Assembly: GCF_964204645.1 (NCBI RefSeq)
Contig: NC_134027.1
Coordinates: 8,650,485 to 8,714,484, forward strand
From: Tubulanus polymorphus
Taxonomy: Eukaryota; Animalia; Nemertea
Direction: 5' to 3'
Length of the DNA stretch: 64,000 bases
The position numbers were made by a program, and so were the translations under genes. The notes beneath the pieces are model-generated. The model worked only from the letters and a program-made list of their open reading frames with translations, ran no database searches and was not told where the DNA came from. Positions 41,022-54,190 of this stretch are shown here, one piece after another. The stretch's first letter is position 1; every line of letters begins with the position of its first letter.

Positions 41022-41959
41022 CTGCAATGGGGAACAAAAAAGAAATTCAAAATGAAACGTCTTTGTAAAATTCTCTTCAGAAGTTGGCTGCTACGTAACA
41101 AGAGCAAAGCAAGCCCCAGTTCCATGGTTCTGTTTGTGTCAAAATTGATAGTCTACTTCCAATGTTCTAACCTTAGAGTATGAAAATCTTAATTCGGGGA
41201 ATTGGATCCAGCAGATTAATAGCATATCGCAATAGACGGCCAGTTGCGCAATGTGAACAACTCTCATCTCATTTGAAATTTCCTCCAACTGTATATTTTC
41301 TAAGCTCGACGATGACGGGGCCTTAAATTGTCGAAAAGAATTATTCATTATTTCTATCATGGTGATACCCAGCACGTATTCTGGACTTAATGAGTGGGCG
41401 TCGGAATTGCCACTGGCAGTCGAGCGTTCTTAGAAAAGATCATGATAGAAGTAAATACTTTTATTTTTCGGCGCGGCGCCATCGTCATATTATGAAAAGA
41501 TCCTGCGGTCGTATTTATGCAACGCGTTAACGACGAAAATAGGTTTGAAAACGTGGGGTATTTTTTTTTCAAGAAACGATTGCGAAAGATCGTCGTCTCA
41601 TTTTACGTTGGTTAAATCTTGAATCGTCACGAAACGCTCACGGGTGTTCTAATACTTTAACCCGTATAAATAGCGTGATTAAACTTGTATCACGTCGCCG
41701 GAATTCCGAACTTTCATTCAAATACATCATAACCGCAAGCTGTCAAACAGAGATATGAAATGCATGTCTCGCCACCGAACAGGTTTTTTTTTTTGATAAG
41801 CGAACTAAAAACAAATCGTCGGAGAATATTTTGACGCCGAATTCGTTGTTTTGATATGCAAACAACGAACAAGTAGATTACCGCATATCAAATGTAAACA
41901 AGAAATCTAACTTGGAAGTTTATTGACGACTTATTACGAAAAATTACACATATATCGCT

Positions 41960-42170
41960 TATTGTCGACAAATATAAATTTTTAGACAATATTGAGGATC
42001 AGTAATTATTTTGGATTTGAATATGATGATGATTGAATTGAATTGAATAGCAACCAGTCTATAGCTCTGATATATTGATGACGTAGTGCACATCATCGAA
42101 AAAATAATTCTTAAAACTTAAAAAAGATAATATCAGAGTTATGAAATATATCTAATCATAAAATCAACGC
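41960..42170 (-). repeat. Dispersed repeat family B, inverted copy
   Basis: Reverse complement contains tgcactacgtcatcaata...agactggttgc...caattcaattcaat...tcaaatccaaaataa, as at 24.2 kb and 54.05 kb. Confidence 0.75.
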
Positions 42171-44501
42171 CAAGATGTACAATTGTAATTGTTATTTCGA
42201 TACGTCAATATTGGTGACGTAGTGCACATCAGCTCACACAGATCCCCTTAGATCCCCTTAAGTAACGCGTATTATACGGGTTTAGATGTATTTGTTAGAT
42301 TATTGTAACAGATTTTACGGCGTCGAAAAATGTGTCAGCACTGCCATGTACTATGACTGGGGTTTGAGCACCCTGAAAACATATTTTTTCCGTAAGTGCA
42401 AGTAATAATGCTAAGTAAGCACCGAGATGTGGTCTAATCTAGCGATAGCACTGATCAGTGTTGAGTTTCAGAATATCTAAATACAGGAGCGCATTTACAC
42501 CTCTAGATAAGCCATTAAAAGATCATCTACAATGCACGATTCAATGGCTTCCATATATCAATCTGTTAACTGCACTGCGCACGGAATCCACGCATAACGT
42601 TTACATCGACGGGAATGACTTCATAAAACCAAAGGACCTTGCCTCATAGTTCAAGAGATATGATAAGATATAAACCCCGAACTGGGATGTTAGCGCGGCT
42701 GTTTTAGAAATAGATTCAGTCTGCAAACCATTTCTGTAAGGTGAATTTATGCCATCGCCGGAAATACAGCGGACTTCCTTCCCCCGTTGAACACACCTAA
42801 AACTCCATTCCACCTATATTAATTAAGCGCGAATTTCGTCTTCACTAGCCAATAAAATTCGAAAAGTAGCCAATATAGACATAGCAAAACATCAATGTAT
42901 GTTCAACCATTTTTATCATGACATTTAAAGAAGTATGTTACACAGTCGAAACATGTCGTTGAAATAAACTATTAAAATGAAAATGTTGGTTGGCCTTTTT
43001 GACCTTTTTGCTGCGTCTACTTTTTAGGACGTTCACCCTATCGGGCAACCAATAGGGACTACAGCAGTATTTATAGGCCTATATGCCAATGCATTGTTTT
43101 GTCCGATGTGCACTAATTTTAGTTGGATTTAACACCCACATCATCATCGGGCGTACCGGGTTACTGCATCTTATCCAGTCATTTTTTTTTGAAAGAGCAG
43201 TACACTCTTGACTAGGAGCTATTAGCAACCACCACCACAACGTAATGGTAATAATTAGCCTAGAGTCTAAACATCTCCACGATGAAAAAAAAACCCGACA
43301 GAACTTCTGCATTTCGCGTGTGGTGAGATATCTCATTCTCGGGTCTAATACAACGTGATAAAACGCTAAGTGGCAACACATCGGCGCACGAACGTCTAAT
43401 ATGATATCTGGTCGTGTTTTGTGAATGATACCTAAAGCTGGTGTGTCATCTTTGACGAGAGCGTTTTTTTTTCTACGCGCCGTAATGACTTTACTATATA
43501 CGTTTCGTTCAAGGCGTTATCGAATATAGCTAATGGCTTTTCATAATCCAATAAAGCGGCGAAGAACACCGTTATTCCAGCCCTAATTTGTTGTTTTTTT
43601 CTAACCGTGTTCCGCAACGTCAATCTGGAATCAGGGAAGCAAAAGTCATATTAAGAACCAGACCAAAAAGGATACGCAATGCGCGCCGTGTCAAAAAGGC
43701 ACCATGTCATCCTCCCTCGGCAGGGATTCGAACCTGATGGCATCGCTAGACTCAGTCACGGTCACGCAATGTGCAGTGCTCGAAACCCAACGCAAGAAAA
43801 CACGGACACAGGAGAAAACATGTTTCCGAGCGTTACCCAGTGTCGTGGGCGCTGGACTTTCTGCATCATTAGTGAGACTAAGTCAGTTTCTCTAAATATA
43901 GCATATGATCTCTTAAGGATAATTGAATTCCACGTTTTATTTTTATTTACAAGAAATACAATTACATCTCTGACAATTTAGATATCCAATGATGTACGTA
44001 TGTGTGAAGTGACCATAAAAGCTAAAACGATACGGCGGATGAACTGATTAGATAGACTCTGACCATATATTTGACCTTTAAATCTTAAAGCCTGACCAAA
44101 ATACGAAACATCGCACACCTACTCTAAAAACATTTTACATAACCACGCGAAGTAAACTTTCTATAACCCGGGGCGTTTTTTAAGAGACTTGAAAATAAAA
44201 TGGTGATATAAAAAGAAGCTTTCTCCGTAATCAATAGACATGGATCTCATTTCTTTGAAAATGAGGCGATTGATGTTGTTTTTCCCAGCGCTCCTGGAAT
44301 TAAAGCTTCAATATTTGTTAGTTATAAGATTAAGCATGCGCCGTTTCCCATGAACATTTTGTTGATGGGAATCGATACCGTTCTCGGAATGTTCGTCGTA
44401 GAGCGAGAGTATGCGACCTGCTCGAAACGTAGCATGACCCCAGTTTGAATGATACTCATAGAAACGCGCGACCGGCCGACAAATGATTTAAAAATCTGGA
44501 T

Positions 44502-44755
44502 CCGGGGCGGATCTAGGGGGTTGTGTGGGGGATCAGAAGAAATTGCCCTCTTTGTCAAGACAGAGCTCGTGTAGAGCCCTATAAATTAGGCACTCATTCT
44601 CTTGAAATGTCGTCATAGCGTTCTTTTGGTATGGCTTTCTTCAGATACATCAACCCCGATGTTGGAACCAGCTGGTAGCCTTCGATATGCGTCCTAGAAA
44701 TGCGCTTCCTTTTCTTTTAGATCCTCGCCTTCCAATTTCCCTAGATCCACCCCTG
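44502..44755. mobile_element. MITE with GGGGCGGATCTAG termini (same family as 2578-2717)
   Basis: ccggggcggatctaggg / ccctagatccacccctg; flanks ggatc / ggacc (4 of 5 match). Confidence 0.7.
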
Positions 44756-46109
44756 GGACCTCTAGTCCCCTAATCGAGACTGTAAGATCAGAAGATATGA
44801 AACAGATATTACAGTTTGCACCGACTTAATAGTTAACTCTTTGATTGGGTGTCTAATGAGTAGAAATTCCGATTAAAGAGTATTCAGACAGCTTTCAAAA
44901 CGCTCATGATTTTTCGAACAATTTCATACTGTCCGCTGAACTGTACATAAACTCATTTATTGATGAATATCGAAGAATCTATCGATACCGCTGTGAACTG
45001 GAAAGGAAATAACCACGGTTCCGATACGCAATTTCATTCATTGTAGGTCACTTAGTTTGATACACCAGCCAACGATTGCGAAGGACTCGTTCAAATCATC
45101 GATCGCTTGGACTAACGCGTATTCTAAATATCGCTGACTACAGGCATGCATGTTCTGTACCATTGCGTCTAACAAGCCGGATGTGACCGAAGAAACTACA
45201 TTTCTAGCCCAATGTGTACGACGAGTCAAATTTTCCCGACAATATCGCATATTCTTGTCCAATGTGTCCGACGATCTCAATAAGTGTGTTCGACGAAAAT
45301 ACACATTTTTGACAAATTGAACGGAAATTGTTATTCAGCCTTTATTCAAATGGGCTTGATTAATTCGTTATTTGAAGTACTCATCGTCAAGGCACTGATA
45401 TCTATAGTTTTAGGTTGAAAAAAGGTTTAGTTGTAGATTTTTTGAAGTAACCTACAAATCAGAAAATCTGATAGAATCGCTTTTTGTGAAAGTGTTTTAC
45501 CGCGATTGCGCCGGAATTGCGCTCACAGTAAGAAACGGCCGCCATATTGTAATCCGTAATACGATATATCTTTACAATGAAGATATTTCATCTGACCACA
45601 GCACGTACACAACGATACGACAGCGACTCGCTCACGCCAAACATCAATATCGGATGCATTGCAAGCGTAGCGTATTCATAAACCGAATCATGGTGGTAGT
45701 CGATTGCAGTTCAAAATTACTTTCGATAAACGATCATCGTTTCCGTAGCGGGTCAGAATTCCATTTCACTTCGTATATATATACGTTGTCTGGCAGGTAG
45801 AGTAAATCCCACGCCCAAAGAGTGATAATTGAGCACACCTACATAGAATCGTATTTCAAAGAATGCGCGGGAAATCTAATTCATAGTCAGTCTACAAATA
45901 AACACCGAACTACACGCTCGGAAATTTCATTAGAGACTTCACAACGATTTTAACGAACGAGTTTAATTTTTTTTTTCAAAACGATTTCATTCGAAACAAT
46001 TTTCACCGTAGTTCTGAGACACAATTTTCTCGTGACTTCATTTCAAAATGATTTTCTACGACCAGGGCAGTTCGATCTGAACATACTTCCAAGAGTGATG
46101 CAGAAATTC

Positions 46110-46246
46110 CAGGGCCGTTACCTAGCATTTGAACGAGTAGAGAAACGCGAAAAAGGGCAGTTCTTTTGGATATAACAATATGTTTGCAAAAAGAGCTTTT
46201 TCACAAAATATTTCTGGGGGATGGGCCCCCGTTATGTACGGCCCTG
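46110..46246. mobile_element. MITE with CAGGGCCGT termini and perfect 5-bp TSD
   Basis: aattc|cagggccgt ... acggccctg|aattc. Confidence 0.75.
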
Positions 46247-46476
46247 AATTCATTTTGAAAGGATTTTGAAATAATGTCCCCAAGATACTTTCGTAAGCAG
46301 CTTCGGCATGTATTTCCGCTTCAAATACGAACGCAGTCAAATCTCAGCAATAAACCAGTTTGTGTTAGGCGATACGAGTGTCAAATGGGAAACTGTGTGA
46401 CAAGTACTCGACATTGTGTTTATCCCCTAACAGCGAACCCATAAAATCGTCTGTTTCAGCTGTAACTTACACTCAC

Positions 46477-46526
46477 GACGCGTAGGTGGACATGCATCGC
46501 CGCCAGTCGCCATTCAGGATGGCCAT
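46477..46526 (-). CDS. Candidate alternative first coding exon MAILNGDWRRCMSTYA(S) (phase 2)
   Basis: ATG directly after an in-frame TAA; donor GTC|gtgagt; TC plus G joins the 41021 acceptor in frame. Confidence 0.45.
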
Positions 46527-48399
46527 TTAAAAGCAGTTCTTCGAAAACTCGGTGCTCAGTTGGGGTTATTCCAGGTCGACTATAAGTGGAGATGGGCATG
46601 TTGCAAACCGTGATAATTATATCAGGATGAAGCAAAATGAGACAGGTACGCAAGGGAACATTTAGCTTATCGTGCTGAACTATACGTTTATTATCAGCGA
46701 TTTGCAAAACGACAATTCGCTTCGTATTACGCGTACGCAGGTTCGATCGGTCAAGCACCATGTGTTCTATGACAATCGTCGCGATGTTCACACGCTTTTT
46801 CGAATTCACACGCTTTTTCGAATTGTCACGAATTGCAATTCTGCAATAATATACATTGTATTATATCATTCCACTATTCAATGCCCGAGAGTGACCAACA
46901 ATTATGTATTATGTTATAATCTTTACTTCCTGGGGGTGAATAAAACAAGATGTAAGTTGGCTGAAGTTGATACCGGTCCGAATTCAAATTCTATAATTTT
47001 TTTGGATCCACGCCTGGAATGCGACACATAAGCTGAGGAATCGACCAAGGGGAGTCATTCTTTCGACAGGAAGTATCTATAACGACTTCGGATGTCCCGG
47101 ATATTTCAGTATAAAAGTGTGCAATATGGATATACACTACATTTCCGCTATGTTTAGGCTTTGCTCTGCATACCTACTTGAACGTATACTAACCATAAAC
47201 CATAAAAAGAAAGAAAATCGAAAATATCGAAGACAACCGAAAAGAAACGAAATAACAATTAGAAAACGGAAAATATCGCAATCAATAGAGAGAACTAGAA
47301 TTAACGGAGAGTAGATTTAATTTTTCCTCTAGGATATAAAGGGCTTTATTGCATCTCCGGAATACTGTAATAAATCTATCGAGCTGAATCGCAGTCATAA
47401 AGCGGCGAGTTTCTCGAGCAGCCTCCGGTACAGATACGTAACACGGCGCAATGCTTGCGGATAATAATCGCAGGTATTCTCGAGCAAACAAAATTCACAA
47501 TTAAGTTTACGTGTGCTTCGTTCTGGGTACGGTGGCTGTAATTAAATTACATGTTAAGAGTCAACTTGGTGCCACCGTCGTCTCGACTGGAGCAACACTT
47601 TGCCGCGCTAACGACAAACCAAGATAGCCTCTCGGCCTTCTTATGACGGAAGGTCACGCGTGGAACAGAGGTGTATAGCAAACCCCGAGATTCGCCCCAC
47701 TATATGACGATCTCATTGAAATTACTAAACATGTCTAGCTAATCAAAACCAGTCACTTCCAAATAATGATCGAAGCGACTTCTATATTGGACCAAAAGCT
47801 GAATTGGAAATTGCTCAAATGGTTTTTTCAAATACGTTTTGGAAGATCTTATAGCTGACCCTGTAGATTGTAATGAATCAAATAGGAAATAATTATCGAA
47901 ATGAATAAGCGAACTAAGTCTATTTATAGAAAATAAAAATCTGTTACTGTGCCCATGATATAAGTTTCGCATATTGTAAGAAGGCGGATAGATAAGCGAT
48001 ATGGTTCTGATCTTCTGAGAAGACATTGAAGAGGTGATAATACTCTTACAATAAACCCGAAATGATAGAATTTCACATGATATACATGAGCGATATAGTT
48101 TTTCGTCTATTAGATCACGTTGGGCTCGTAATTAATCTCATATCGAGTGAGTTCGCTTGGCAATACGTAATGACCCTACGACTGGTTCCTGCGTACTGTG
48201 ATGAATATCAACGCGTACAGTGTTGCCGGTACTAATTTTTTCGCCTTGTTTGCTTCCTCGTTATATACACACGCACTTCAATTATCACATCTATATCAGG
48301 GAATGTGTGATATTGCACCCGGAATTACGCACCTCTCCCCTGTAATGGTAACAGTATATACCCCGTGTCGTAGCCGCCTTCGAATAATGCGAAATGTAA

Positions 48400-48620
48400 T
48401 TTATTTAATTATTTATTTATTTCAGAGATAAATTGCAACAATGTGTACGATATGAAAGATAATACATAATGTTGTAATATAAAACTGGGGAAATGAATAA
48501 AGGAGGATAATCAATTAATAAGTAGATATATAATGGCGTTTCATCTTTGCTTTGAAAATATTCAAATTTTTACTGGTTTTTATTGATTGACTAATTTGAT
48601 TCCAATTCGTAAAGGTTATT
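48400..48620 (-). mobile_element. 3' remnant of a CR1/L2-group LINE
   Basis: Translation WNQISQSIKTSKNLNIFKAKMKRHYISTY* resembles the ORF2 C-terminus of these LINEs (WNxLPxxIKxSxSLxxFKxxLK) and is followed by an (AAAT)n tail at ~48424-48400. Confidence 0.65.
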
Positions 48621-50615
48621 TCACAAATCAAGTTTTCTAAGTTGGTATCTAAATGAACCTGTAGCGTCAAGTCGGGTTGGCAAAACATGAATGAACTCGC
48701 AGAAAAAAACACTACGAATTAAGTCTCAAGTTTCTTTTATGAAATCGAATTTGGATCAATCAAATTGAAATACCCCCCTCACCCGTATTTTATCGTTCCG
48801 TCAAACATTTGATCCTGATTTTGTGACAAAGAGAAATATCAATCGCGTCGGGGTGCTTCCTATGACTTGGGCCCATTTAGGGGGTGGTTTTGGGGCTCGG
48901 GCGCCTTCCCATTGTAGTTACCCTGTTCGTCAATCTTAATTTATTGAAATCAAAGCCAGCAAATTTTACAATCATCCTCCCGGAAATTGCATCTTTTCGG
49001 GTGTAAGAAAATATGTAACGTCAAGAGTAGGGCCCGCTAAGATATTAGATCGATTAGAATTAGCGCATAAGTTGATATGGAGCAAATTGAATAAGGTGTC
49101 TTTTAGATGAGCCGCGCAGGAAATTTCGATCAAATCTAATTTCGCATCGTTTGAGAACGTAATCGAGATTTATAACGGCAACCGAATCGGCTCGAAAACA
49201 ACACCGGCCTCGAAATAGGATGACGTCAAAAATTTAATCATCAAAGATCCGCTACCGAGATTTCACCGAACGTGTAATGTCACCTGCAATATATGAAAAA
49301 TCACGAATTCGTCGATATTTCGACTAGAAATGAAACCGCGAATGTGCGGAAAAGTTCGTTTTCAGGCACGAATAGCCGGAGAAGCGTTTCCCAATCAAAA
49401 GCTTTATTTTGTTCAATGAAATACACCAGCGTGATAAAACTTAAAACATAGTTTACCAAGTTGAGAACATTGTATCGACGTTATAAGCCATGGTGGCTGA
49501 TCAGGGATATCGTGTGGCATTGTCCTAGCCCTGAGTTCACTGTTATTAGTTATCAATCTATTTTTTCAACGATCGATTGATCTTAACACTTTTCCTCGAA
49601 GAGTTTCAAGATCCACACATTGTTCGTCGAATCGTCTAAGTTTGCAAAGTTTGTGATTGATCGAAAATGACGACGGAAATGCGTTCGGCCGATTCATTTG
49701 TAATTATGTAAATTACGTGGCTGCGCGATGCCGATTGCACATTTAAGATGGGAAAAATCTTTAAATTGATCGCGTAATCTGTGTCGATGAAATGCCAGTG
49801 ATATTTAGGAAGGCTGGTGTACTCTTCAAGCTCATTTCTATCCGAAAAGTCACGTAATCATAGGTAGCAACCTATCAACCTAAAGATGAGTCGAGAAAAT
49901 GAATAGATAGTACGAGCGTATATATTTGGGAATCGGCAGGTCTTATCATCAAACGGTGGCTTAACGCTTCTCGTTAGCCAATGACGAAACGGAACAATCA
50001 AAAAACATTTACTGTTATATCACCAGCGTTCGTTATTGCGTTTTGTACTCAATAATGCTACCAGTATCGCGTGTGATTATTGGATAATTATCAAGTCAGG
50101 AGGTTCAAACACTACGTGCGAAATCCTGGTGGGGGAGATAATCCTGTAAACCCAGCGAACACACGTATGCAAAAATGCACTAACTATAAAGCCATATAGT
50201 ATAATTCCACTTGATTAATTAGGAATACTGAATAACAATTTCCCGTGCCACTGATTCATATGTCTTCACAAATCCTCCCTTCCCGAATGTCACAACGTAT
50301 AAACCATGATGCAAGGAATGAATCTCATCGACGTTAAATTGAATACGGAAAAGAATCTCATTCAATCGCTCTCATTCATCGTTCGGTTTGAGAGAACCTA
50401 ATCGGCATCAAAGGCAAACGAGTAGAGTTTTATCGGGCTTCGCTTTTAACTAAGAAAAACTACAATGGCGTATAAACAAATGAACCTAAAGATACTTATC
50501 CGCCGTAAAAGGTTCCCGCATTTCATTAATAGATAAACTTCATCATATCACGAGATACTAAGCTTATAGCAAATAAAAGTCGAAGCAAATATCAGATATA
50601 TCACGACGTATATAA

Positions 50616-50859
50616 AAGCCGCGATCACACGAGCGTTTTTTTTGGCCCGGGCTAGATTTCAGGTCCGAGCCAAATTTTTAGCTTGGGACAAAATGATTGA
50701 GTTTGAATTGCAACTGGTTTCGGAAATGACTCACTTCGCCTTTTGTCTGATCATTGTTTAGTAACGAGTGAATTGTTTACGGAACGCGCTCTCAAATCTG
50801 GCCGGGCCTGATCCGTACCAATTTGGCGGGGCCAAATCGTCTCCGTGTGATCGCGGCTT
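50616..50859. mobile_element. MITE (Harbinger-like) with perfect 16-bp TIRs
   Basis: aagccgcgatcacacg / cgtgtgatcgcggctt with subterminal tttggc/gccaaa inverted motifs; related partial copy at ~9249-9346. Confidence 0.8.
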
Positions 50860-51942
50860 CAGTTACGACGAATATATTGAATCGGATTTGAATTGAATAA
50901 ACGTCTCGCAACACGCGTGTTATATATTATGTGAAATATGCGGGGCAAACATCAATTGATATATTTTTGGAAATGAATATTCTAAACACGAATCTATAAG
51001 TGAAAATATTGAAATGATGAATTGGAATACTTTGTGACTGCAGACTGAGGTATTATAGTTATTATTGTGCACGGCTCTAGTGTCGATGAAGATATGTACC
51101 ACACGCAAATGGCAAGGTCTAACAGGTAGTAATAGGTGTCTTGGTGACCAGAAAAATTCTGGAAAGCAGACGGATATATAAACTACTTTATCTAGAAAAA
51201 TTTAAGTCGTACTGCTATTTCTTCATCCCCCTGTCATCCTATTTGTAACGGCAATTTGAGCGCGTCGTCCTAAAGCACGCTTTCAAGCGTGTCTATACGT
51301 ACTCGGGCGGTTACAGAACATAAAAATATGAAATCCACAGGTCAGGCTTTAACGCTAATATCAAGGATCGGTCCTCCAGACAGAACAATTCTCATTAGCA
51401 AGTGGTAAAAAACTGGTACCGACGTGTTGTGCGTGCGGAAGACTAACTCCAAACAGTCCGCGTTATATGTGACTGGTATATCCGACATTGCTGGTTGGAT
51501 ATATAATTACGCCTGGACAGAAGAGCCGGATGCAATTCATTTTTTGGAGATACACACCCGCGGAAACGAAATACTGACATCAGATGAAAAATATACGATG
51601 CAGACTTTAATCCATTGATGGCAATACGCGGACGCTTCTATACCCATTAGAAATCGGCTCAGTTGGAAATGCTTTGATATACCGAATACATCCGATCAAG
51701 CTAAATCCCCAAATAAAAGAAAACGTCTACGTCTACTGCGCCCTACTGCGCCGTCCAGAAAATGCGGCTTCTAATTAAGGATCAACTACGATGGAAATGC
51801 TTTGAAATTATATTTGGTAACATAATCATCATAAGCATGGTAAAACCAACGTGTAGTCATTATCAATTACATAAGGGACGACATTCACCAAAAACGTAAC
51901 AATCGATGGTAAGATAACGACCAACACATGCAATTTACTTAC

Positions 51943-52049
51943 GGTGACTTGAAACAGTTGAGACTGATCTTTTTAGCCGATTCCGAATCGCACAGTTGCT
52001 CATCGTCCATCGAACCTTTACGATCAACATAAACGCAAGGGTACATCAT
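51943..52049 (-). CDS. Alternative first coding exon MMYPCVYVDRKGSMDDEQLCDSESAKKISLNCFKS(P) (phase 2)
   Basis: Donor ACC|gtaagt; 107 nt = 35 codons plus 2; joins the 41021 acceptor in frame; TCAGTT at 52123-52118. Confidence 0.55.
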
Positions 52050-53986
52050 CACATCCCGCGACGTATGTCCCCCGTATTGTATGCACCGGCGTGCAACCGG
52101 CCGTGCTCCATCGCCGCAACTGAAGTAACTTCTCGCAACACCGAATATTCCTTAAGCCCTCATCTCATTAAGACTCCGTGTCGTTAATGGCGTAACACTT
52201 CTGTTTTCGAAGAATGCGACGATGCCTTGAGCGAACGAGTATATTTTGCATCAAACGAAAACGGTGCCGACCAAACGGCGACGATGGTGATAGTCGTTAT
52301 GAAATACCTCATGACAATGTAGTATTTCGAATCATTAATGAAAAGTCGCTATCATATGGGGGTCACACTAACACCACAGCCGTGTGCGGAGTTGTAAACA
52401 TTTATGAGGGAGGCATCACGACAAGATCGACTAACGCGTGTTTGAACAATAATATCCCAAAGCGGCGGTGAAGATCTGCATGATAAGACTATTATGACGG
52501 CAGCAGGGTGAAGGTGCACCACGGCTAAGCTAACGACCAAGCTGTAGCGCCGCGTCGTTCAGGAAAGCGAACGAACTCTAGCACGATTCACGCGAAATAA
52601 TGAAAAATATATTCATCAAAATCTTAATCTCGATATAACAACGACAGGTGTTTCGTGACACGGCGAATCCGAACTTCAACATAGAAACGTTCTGATTCTT
52701 AGAAACGTTCTGATTCTCATACTCGACACTTCTTGACGGTAAAAACGCCGCCTGAGCTCAAGTCATACGGCGAGAGAGAAGTTGTGTTGCTTGGAAACCT
52801 AAATTGAAAACCGAGATCCCTAGTCTTTTCAACAAAATCGTATATATGTATATTACATAGCGAGCATTGTCTGATAAATATATCCTAATCCTCGTCTAAT
52901 TCCACGTAGAGTGCGCAGCAAAAAACTAAATACGAATCGCGTGCTTGATTAATAGTTGGACTTGCTAAATTAGTAATCGGTCTATCGCGTTGTCCTGGTT
53001 AGTATCCTTAAGCAAAACTACGACTAGGCGAGCATGCAAAAATACGGCAAAGTAACGTGATAAGTACATTGATCTAGTCGATATATACGCATTAAGCACA
53101 GGAAGCCTAAGCTGCGTCTTCATATCTTCCCGTATCCATAAATGCGCATAAACCTATCAGCATTATCAACTTTGCTTCGACTGAAAGATGCGTTTACAAC
53201 GCGGTTAACGAGGGCATACGGTTAGCAATATTTCTCTCACGAACAAGCGTGAAAAAAAAACTAAATTAGCGCAATTCCCTTTTGATATATAGTTAGAATG
53301 GTTCCCACAACATTGCGGCATATTTTGTAAATCGGTAAAACGGCGTATACGAACTGATGAAGCTGAAATTATTCCGAGATAAACACGTATATATGAATTG
53401 ATGGAGGTATTCTGCCCATTTATTCGTGACATCAAAAAGAACGATCCATTATATTACAATATTGGATGGAAGTACTCGAGATCGATTTTGTGAATATGAG
53501 CAGAAAACATAATGTCTATTTTCGGGTACTCCCTTCGATACAACTTTAATTTGATATACAGTTCGATGTGCATAAACTAAGCCGAATCATTTACCGTACA
53601 CCTTCGCCATTTTGGTGTCATTTGTTTTGCGTCGCTCGGGGCTTCGCAGTTAGTTCACCGGTAAACCTCATGATGTTCTAATACCAACTCTAGTCGCTAC
53701 TATTTCTGTCGTTTACAGCGACGTCGTTGGAAACGGGTGGGAGCGTTATGCGTTCTTTTGTTGGATCTATCGATTCACCTTTTTTCATTACTGCGACGAG
53801 CAACAGGTTAATATTGTAAACCCAGGCCCCTTTATTCGTCAGAGATCACACATAATGCATAATACCAGAATTCGGATTTTTTCTTACACCTTGAAAACCG
53901 TTACAACAATGTTTATATACATTGATACCTAGTATGCGTTATCTAAGGGATTCTGTGAAAATCGATGTGAACAATTGAGAATCTTA

Positions 53987-54190
53987 GCGTTCATTTTGTA
54001 ATCAAATACATTTCATAAATATTCTAATGATTATTTTTTGTGCACTACGTCATCAATAATAATTGGGGCTAGACTAGTTGCCGGTAAATTCAATTCAATT
54101 ATCGATGTATCCAAATCCAAAATAACTTTATTGATCATTGATATTATGTATTCCATATTGTTATTTATTGTGGACAATACTAAGTAAAAT
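53987..54190 (+). repeat. Dispersed repeat family B, third copy
   Basis: tgcactacgtcatcaataa...tagactagttgccggtaaattcaattcaatt...caaatccaaaataactt. Confidence 0.75.

Noticed and set aside
40438-41037. 199-aa ORF as a standalone gene
   Set aside because: It is an alternative frame of the real exon running into AT-rich intron; kept only as the dual-frame hypothesis.
46787-46822. 18-bp tandem duplication (another at 52682-52717)
   Set aside because: Two-copy slippage duplications with no spacers; not CRISPR-like.
53354-53385. CTGATGA-AGCT-GAAA hammerhead-like motif (also CTGACGAAGTCTnGAAA at 12715 and ~59675)
   Set aside because: No valid stem III with an NUH cleavage site and no stem I.
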